This document shows, one piece after another, positions 7,018 to 12,464 of a stretch of DNA of 12,464 bases. The stretch is from Fidelibacterota bacterium (lineage in GTDB: Bacteria; Fidelibacterota; Fidelibacteria; Fidelibacterales; Fidelibacteraceae). Positions within the stretch are counted from its first letter, which is position 1. Every line of letters starts with the position of its first letter. The position numbers and the translations under genes are program-made. Under the pieces are notes generated by a model. The model made no database searches and was not told the origin of the DNA. It worked only from the letters and a program-made list of their open reading frames with translations. The stretch is taken from contig JAYEOX010000059.1 of the NCBI GenBank assembly GCA_034723415.1, positions 2,957 through 15,420 of the forward strand, given 5' to 3'.

Positions 7018-8703
7018 TTATTGTTTCCTACGGATTTTTTTCCATTTATCACGCAACGGCACAGCTAGATTAAAAATCTGATTTTCACTTGTAGAATCTT
7101 CATCCAATCTAAAATATCCTTTCCTTTCGAATTGTACAGTATCGCCAACACTCAGATTTTTTAAATTCGGTTCAAGTTTACAATTTTCCAATATTTTTAA
7201 TGAATCAGGATTTAAAAATTTTTCAAAGCTTTTTTCTTTATTACCTAACGGATTTTCAACAGTAAATAATCTATCATACATTCTAACTTCAGCGCCAATT
7301 GCATCTTTTGCGGAAACCCAATGAATTGTGCTTTTTACTTTTCTACCATCAGGAGCATTACCACCTTTAGTTGCAGGATCATAAGTGCAATGAATTTCTG
7401 TAATTTCACCATTTTCATCTTTCACAATACTTGTCGCCTTTATGAAATACGCATATCGTAATCTGACTTCTCTACCAACTGTAAGGCGATAATATTTTTT
7501 TGGTGGATTTTCCATGAAATCATCTTTTTCTATATATATTTCTTTGGAAAATGGAACTTTTCGTGTGCCAGCACTTTCATCGCCCGGATTATTTATTGCT
7601 TCTAATTCTTCTGTTTTATCATCCGGATAATTATCGATAATTACCTTAATTGGATTGAGAACTCCCATAAATCTTAGTGCTTTTTTATTCAGATCATCAC
7701 GCAAACAGTGTTCTAAAAGAGCAATATCAACTACACCTTCATTCTTTGAAACACCGATTCTTCCAACAAAATCCCTGATCGCTTCCGGGGTATAACCTCG
7801 TCTTTTCAATCCGGCAATTGTCGGCATCCTCGGGTCATCCCATCCATTAACGAGCTTTTTATTCACAAGCTCATTTAATTTTCTCTTGCTCATTATTGTA
7901 AAATTCAAATTCAATCTTGAAAATTCAATTTGTTGTGGATGATATACTTCTAATTCATTTAAAAACCAATCATAAAGCGGACGATGATCTTCAAATTCTA
8001 AAGTGCAAAGTGAATGAGTAATATTTTCAATTGAATCTTCCAAACCATGAGCCCAATCATAAGTTGGATAAATACACCATTTGTTACCGGTATTTTGATG
8101 TGCTGAATGAAAAATTCTATAAATTATTGGATCTCGCATATTAATATTTGGATTTGACATATCAATTTTTGCACGCAATGTTTTTGCTCCATTTGGAAAT
8201 TCACCTGCACGCATTTTCTCAAATAATTCCAAATTTTCATCTATTTCTCTATTACGATATGGACTATTTTTTCCAACTTGCGTGGGTGTTCCGCGATATT
8301 CTCTAATTTCATCAGCACTCAAATCGCAAATATATGCTTTTCCTTTTTTAATTAATTGAATCGCATACTTATACATTGATTCAAAATAATCAGATGCAAA
8401 ATAACATCTATCTTCCCAATCAAACCCAAGCCACTTTATATTTTCTTTAATTGATTTTACATACTCTTCCTCTTCTTTCATCGGATTTGTATCATCAAAA
8501 CGCAAATTACATAGACCATTATATTTCTCAGCGGTATTAAAATTCAATATTATCGATTTTGCATGACCAATATGTAAATATCCATTTGGTTCCGGTGGAA
8601 ATCTCGTATGAACCTTGCCATCATTTTTCCCCTCAAGCAAATCTTTTTCGATAATCTGATGTATAAAATTCGTGCTTTCGTTTTCTTCTATCTCTTTTTT
8701 CAT
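7018..8703 (-). CDS. glnS: Glutamine--tRNA ligase, no YqeY extension
   Basis: [18 protein letters not shown] (HIGH), [71 protein letters not shown]. Confidence 0.98.
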   Translation of the reverse strand: MKKEIEENESTNFIHQIIEKDLLEGKNDGKVHTRFPPEPNGYLHIGHAKSIILNFNTAEKYNGLCNLRFDDTNPMKEEEEYVKSIKENIKWLGFDWEDRCYFASDYFESMYKYAIQLIKKGKAYICDLSADEIREYRGTPTQVGKNSPYRNREIDENLELFEKMRAGEFPNGAKTLRAKIDMSNPNINMRDPIIYRIFHSAHQNTGNKWCIYPTYDWAHGLEDSIENITHSLCTLEFEDHRPLYDWFLNELEVYHPQQIEFSRLNLNFTIMSKRKLNELVNKKLVNGWDDPRMPTIAGLKRRGYTPEAIRDFVGRIGVSKNEGVVDIALLEHCLRDDLNKKALRFMGVLNPIKVIIDNYPDDKTEELEAINNPGDESAGTRKVPFSKEIYIEKDDFMENPPKKYYRLTVGREVRLRYAYFIKATSIVKDENGEITEIHCTYDPATKGGNAPDGRKVKSTIHWVSAKDAIGAEVRMYDRLFTVENPLGNKEKSFEKFLNPDSLKILENCKLEPNLKNLSVGDTVQFERKGYFRLDEDSTSENQIFNLAVPLRDKWKKIRRKQ

Positions 8704-8750
8704 CTAATTTCTCTCTTTTTAAATAATTTCTCTCTTCATATACATTATTT

Positions 8751-8779
8751 AAGTTAATATATTTTTTATCTAATTTCAA
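8751..8779 (-). promoter_or_regulatory. Candidate sigma70 promoter for glnS
   Basis: On the - strand: TTGAAA (8779-8774), 17 nt, TAACTT (8756-8751). Confidence 0.45.
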
Positions 8780-8946
8780 GTATGAAAATATTCCTCTGTA
8801 AAATTACTTTTCAAACAAAAATTTTTGTTAATTTCAATTATTATTGTTAAATTACAGTAGTTTTTTTGAATCGAGGAGATTAATGATAAATGAAAAATGC
8901 AGAAATTATTTTTATTGAATTAGCTTAAGGTAATAAATCAATTAGA

Positions 8947-10758
8947 ATGATACAAACAAATGATGAATTAAAAAAAATTAATAGCTGGCTTGAAAATATA
9001 TACAAATATATCTCCAGATATAAAGAATATATAAATAGACTTAATGTTTTTCCTGTACCAGATGGCGATACCGGTTTAAATATGACTCTTACAATACAAG
9101 GAGCTTTAACGAGCTTACAAAATTATAACGGAAATACCTTTACAATTGGTGAATATCTAAAATATTTTGCAGAACAAATGCTTATGAATAGCAGGGGATG
9201 TTCAGGAGTAATTTTGTCCTCTTACTGTCACGGTGTTTCACAAATAACTGCTAATAACGATTTTTCTACAAAAAACATATTCAAAGCTCTTGAACATGGT
9301 TATAAAGTTGCATACGAAAGCACAGAAAATCCTAAAGAAGGAACTATTCTTACATTAATGCGCGAATTTAAAGAAAAGTACGGTGAACTTATGGAAGAAT
9401 ATGATGATCCTGCAATTATTGTAAAAAAATGTATTCCTTATTTAAAAAAAATACTTAAAAAAACTCCGGATATGTTACCTGTTTTAAAACAAGCAGGTGT
9501 TGTAGATTCAGGCGGTGCCGGTTTTGTAATTATTCTTGAAGGAATTGATAAAGAAACAAAAAACAACCGGTTTATATCAAATAGTCTGCCTGTTTCAATC
9601 ATTCTAAATATTAATAAAACTACAAAAAAATTACTTAAAAATAGATTGTCAAAATTTAACAGGAATTCTTTTACCACATTACTTTTAGATCTCGGTATAA
9701 AAAAGCTGCCTAATATTAGGTTGAATAATATAATTGAAAATGTAAAGCATTTTATTAACAATCTACAAAATAACGGGAATAAACTTTCAAATAAAAAAGA
9801 AATTATTAGTGATTTGAAAGATATGAAAAAAACATGGACGCAGAAAATTAAACAAAGATATTGCACGGAATTTGTTATAAAAACAAACAAAATATCATCG
9901 AAAGAACAAATGAAAGATATTATTAGCAAATACGGCGACAACCTAATAATACTTAACAACAACGATAAATATAAAGTCCATATACATACTAATAAACCAA
10001 ATTCTGTTTTTAAAGATGTTTCAAAATATGGTGAACTTATATTTACCAAAGTTGATGATATGAAAAAACAGCATAGAAATTTCATAAGTAACGATACTAT
10101 TGATTATGAGAGAGAAAAAAGTATTTTCTGTATTGTCTCGGGAGAAGGATTTAAAAAAATTCTTAAAGAACTTGGTGCTGACGATATACTATGCTACGGA
10201 AAAAATAAGCCTTCTGTTAAACAGCTTGTTAAGAAATTGGATCGTTTAAAAACTAAAAATATTATTGTTGCAGCTGATGATAAAGATATTTTAATGTCAC
10301 TTAAATACGCTGCCTCTCTCAGTAAATCAAATGTTAATATCGTAGAATCTAATAATGTTATATCTCTTATTAGTATGATGATGAGGATTTCAAAAGAATT
10401 AGATATTACTACTATATTTGACTCAATAATGAGCAGCCTTAATGATATTCGTTTCTGTGGAATTGCTAAGTCCATCAGAAATACTACCACTGAAGACGGT
10501 AAAATAATAAACAAAAATGATTTTTTTGCTATTTATAAGAGTAAAATTATTCTTTCAGATAAAAATATAGAACAACTTATAAATAAAATTATTAAAAAAT
10601 TAATAAAAGATAAAACTTTAGTTACACTATATAGGGGTATTCCTGCCAAAAAACATAAAAATATATTAAATAAACTGCAAAAAACTTTTAATGACATTGA
10701 ATTTGAAGAATACTATGGCGGACAATATCAATATTATTATTATATAACCTTTGAATAA
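8947..10758 (+). CDS. fakA: DAK2-domain fatty acid kinase catalytic subunit (FakA/YloV family)
   Basis: INRLNVFPVPDGDTGLNM, SRGCSGVILS, EGTILT, TPDMLPVLKQAGVVDSGGAGF, YCTEF and KVHIHT (Zn ligands), KVDDMKKQH, C-terminal GGQYQYYYYITFE. Confidence 0.92.
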   Translation: MIQTNDELKKINSWLENIYKYISRYKEYINRLNVFPVPDGDTGLNMTLTIQGALTSLQNYNGNTFTIGEYLKYFAEQMLMNSRGCSGVILSSYCHGVSQITANNDFSTKNIFKALEHGYKVAYESTENPKEGTILTLMREFKEKYGELMEEYDDPAIIVKKCIPYLKKILKKTPDMLPVLKQAGVVDSGGAGFVIILEGIDKETKNNRFISNSLPVSIILNINKTTKKLLKNRLSKFNRNSFTTLLLDLGIKKLPNIRLNNIIENVKHFINNLQNNGNKLSNKKEIISDLKDMKKTWTQKIKQRYCTEFVIKTNKISSKEQMKDIISKYGDNLIILNNNDKYKVHIHTNKPNSVFKDVSKYGELIFTKVDDMKKQHRNFISNDTIDYEREKSIFCIVSGEGFKKILKELGADDILCYGKNKPSVKQLVKKLDRLKTKNIIVAADDKDILMSLKYAASLSKSNVNIVESNNVISLISMMMRISKELDITTIFDSIMSSLNDIRFCGIAKSIRNTTTEDGKIINKNDFFAIYKSKIILSDKNIEQLINKIIKKLIKDKTLVTLYRGIPAKKHKNILNKLQKTFNDIEFEEYYGGQYQYYYYITFE

Positions 10759-10903
10759 ACTTTGAAAAAATGGATAAAAAAATGAAGAAAAAAATCTTAA
10801 TTATCACAGCTGATAATCTTGGACTTTCAAAAGAGCAAATAGATTATCCCGACATTGAAATTTTAAAATTCCCTGTTATTATAAAAGATAAAGAATATCG
10901 TGA
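10722..10903 (+). repeat. Direct repeat copy A (fakA tail, spacer and degV 5' end)
   Basis: Matches 12287-12464 except for one extra TAT, TG versus AA, and one extra A in the spacer. Confidence 0.95.
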
Positions 10904-11660
10904 AAGTGATAAATACACAGCACAATGGCTAAATGAAAAATTTCTGAAAGAAAAAGTTGTTGCAAAATCAACTTCACTTGTAAAAGGAGAACTTATTGAA
11001 ATTATTGAGAATAATAAAGATAAATATGATCTGATAATTCATGTCGTAATGAGCAGTATAATGTCAACAGCAACCTTTACACTTGCGGAAAATGTGAAAA
11101 AAATGTACAAGGATACTATCCCTATTATCAATATTGATACCAGACAAGTTCTGTCCGGTGTAGGAAATGTATTACTCGGTGTAATTGATATAATTAAAAA
11201 AAATAACAATACAGATGATATTGTTAAATTATCACAGGAAGTTGTTCAAAATACATTTAACTATTTTGTTATGGCAGATCTGAATTATCTTTATAGAGGA
11301 GGCAGAATTGGAAAAGCCAAAGCTCTGATGGGTTCTATTTTACGAATTATTCCAATTCTCGGCTTGATGGGCGATGACAAAGAAGGTCAAGTCATTCCAC
11401 TTGGAAAAGGAAGAACTTTCAAACAAGTAAACTTAAAAATTGTTGATTTTATAAAAGCTAAAATGAAAGAAAAATCGGCAACTGCCCTAAAAAGATTAAA
11501 TATTATCGGATTTGGAGATAACAAAGATGCTGTTTCCGATTTAGAAAAAAAATTAAAAGCAATACCGTGTGATGAATTTATTATAGGAAAACCAAACTTT
11601 GTCAGTGCTATATATTGCGGACCAAAATCATATACTATTGCTATAACTATTAAAAAATAA
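10782..11660 (+). CDS. DegV family fatty-acid-binding protein (FakB-like), copy 1
   Basis: IITAD start, MSSIMS, INIDT, DLNYLYRGGRIGKA, LRIIPIL, GRT, CGP. The track start is 10770, but ATG 10782 is preferred: it has GGA 7 nt upstream and is the only ATG retained in the duplicate copy. Confidence 0.9.
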   Translation: MKKKILIITADNLGLSKEQIDYPDIEILKFPVIIKDKEYRESDKYTAQWLNEKFLKEKVVAKSTSLVKGELIEIIENNKDKYDLIIHVVMSSIMSTATFTLAENVKKMYKDTIPIINIDTRQVLSGVGNVLLGVIDIIKKNNNTDDIVKLSQEVVQNTFNYFVMADLNYLYRGGRIGKAKALMGSILRIIPILGLMGDDKEGQVIPLGKGRTFKQVNLKIVDFIKAKMKEKSATALKRLNIIGFGDNKDAVSDLEKKLKAIPCDEFIIGKPNFVSAIYCGPKSYTIAITIKK

Positions 11661-11665
11661 AAATT

Positions 11666-12316
11666 ATGAATATTTATATAATTTATCTAATATGTTTATT
11701 ATCAGGCTATTTAACAGGCTCGATATTGTTTGCATATGTTATTACAAAGCTTGTAAAAGGAGAAGATATTCGGGATTTAGGCAATAATAATCCCGGAGCT
11801 GCTAATACTTTTAAGAGTATTGGCAATATATGGGGTATTTTAACAGGAGTATTAGACAGCTCCAAAGCATTAGTTCCAATGCTTATTGCTAATTATTATT
11901 TTGATATTTCATCAATTTCTCTTGGTCTTATAGGAATTGGAGCTATTATTGGTCATTGTTATCCAATTTATTTCGGATTTAAAGGAGGACGTGCTGCCGC
12001 AACACTAATGGGGCTATATTTATTCTTTATACCTTATGAATTACTCACTGCTTTTGTTGTTATACCTTTAATTGTCTTTATATTAATCAAAACAAACAGA
12101 TCTTACTGGATTCCATTTGGAATAATTAGCTTTAGTGCTGTTTTGTGTTTATTTTTCAATCACACTGTTGATGTAAAAATTATTGTTTTCGTTGCAGGAT
12201 TTGTCGGTTTATTGTTTAACAGAAATTATTTTCCTACAATGTTAAAAAATCTTTTACGGAACTCAACTTTGAGGAATGTTATTGTAACAATATCAATATT
12301 ATTATATAACCTTTGA
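11666..12316 (+). CDS. plsY: PlsY-family acyl-phosphate acyltransferase with atypical motifs
   Basis: GYLTGSI, DIRDLGNNNPGAAN, LDSSKA, GHCYPIYFGFKGGRAAAT; multi-TM. The canonical C-terminal RH..NI.RL motif is not recognisable. Confidence 0.8.
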   Translation: MNIYIIYLICLLSGYLTGSILFAYVITKLVKGEDIRDLGNNNPGAANTFKSIGNIWGILTGVLDSSKALVPMLIANYYFDISSISLGLIGIGAIIGHCYPIYFGFKGGRAAATLMGLYLFFIPYELLTAFVVIPLIVFILIKTNRSYWIPFGIISFSAVLCLFFNHTVDVKIIVFVAGFVGLLFNRNYFPTMLKNLLRNSTLRNVIVTISILLYNL

Positions 12317-12464
12317 ATAAACTTTGAAAAAAAAGATAAAAAATGAAGAAAAAAATCTTAATTATCACAGCTGATAATCTTGGACTTTCAAAAGAGCAAA
12401 TAGATTATCCCGACATTGAAATTTTAAAATTCCCTGTTATTATAAAAGATAAAGAATATCGTGA
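12287..12464 (+). repeat. Direct repeat copy B, running to the window end
   Basis: 12338-12464 is identical to 10777-10903; 12287-12337 is near-identical to 10722-10776. Confidence 0.95.
12343..12464 (+). CDS. DegV family protein, copy 2, 5' part only (truncated by the window end)
   Basis: MKKKILIITADNLGLSKEQIDYPDIEILKFPVIIKDKEYR; nucleotide-identical to 10782-10903. Confidence 0.85.
   Translation, partial: MKKKILIITADNLGLSKEQIDYPDIEILKFPVIIKDKEYR

Noticed and set aside
9438..10085. 215-aa - strand ORF
   Set aside because: Codon-aligned antisense shadow of fakA. Its Phe/Leu/Ile richness simply mirrors the Lys/Asn codons on the sense strand.
10194..10514. 106-aa - strand ORF
   Set aside because: Same antisense-frame artefact within fakA.
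10770..10781. degV start at 10770 (MDKK extension)
   Set aside because: This ATG is absent from the duplicate copy and lacks an SD; DegV proteins typically begin at the MKKKI-like segment.
1..12464. tRNA, rRNA, T-box riboswitch, transposase or integrase
   Set aside because: No cloverleaf, T-box motif or recombinase ORF was recognised. proS has no leader region, and the glnS leader is short and AT-rich.

Overview
AT-rich bacterial chromosomal segment (GC about 30% or lower, judged by eye) using the standard genetic code and Shine-Dalgarno-led starts. It probably comes from a diderm lineage near the FCB group; this is inferred from GlnRS, an archaeal/eukaryotic-type ProRS and a rhomboid with a DUF6576-like tail. 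The + strand opens with the 3' end of a tandem-LysM gene, its terminator and a trypsin-like lipoprotein protease. A - strand block follows: glnS, a Na/Pi cotransporter, a PhoU-like gene, proS, recO and a rhomboid. A divergent + strand lipid cluster, fakA(DAK2)-fakB(DegV)-plsY-like, ends the window and is followed by the start of a second, identical degV copy. Three things stand out. (i) The non-coding recO-proS gap holds an orphan near-consensus promoter facing four stacked repeat types, including a perfect 55-bp x3.3 hairpin-bearing array. (ii) In the fakA-fakB-plsY cluster, PlsY and FakB carry substitutions at normally conserved catalytic or binding positions. (iii) At a duplication junction the plsY 3' end overprints a fossil fakA tail, and the window ends after exactly 127 nt of perfect identity to the first degV copy.
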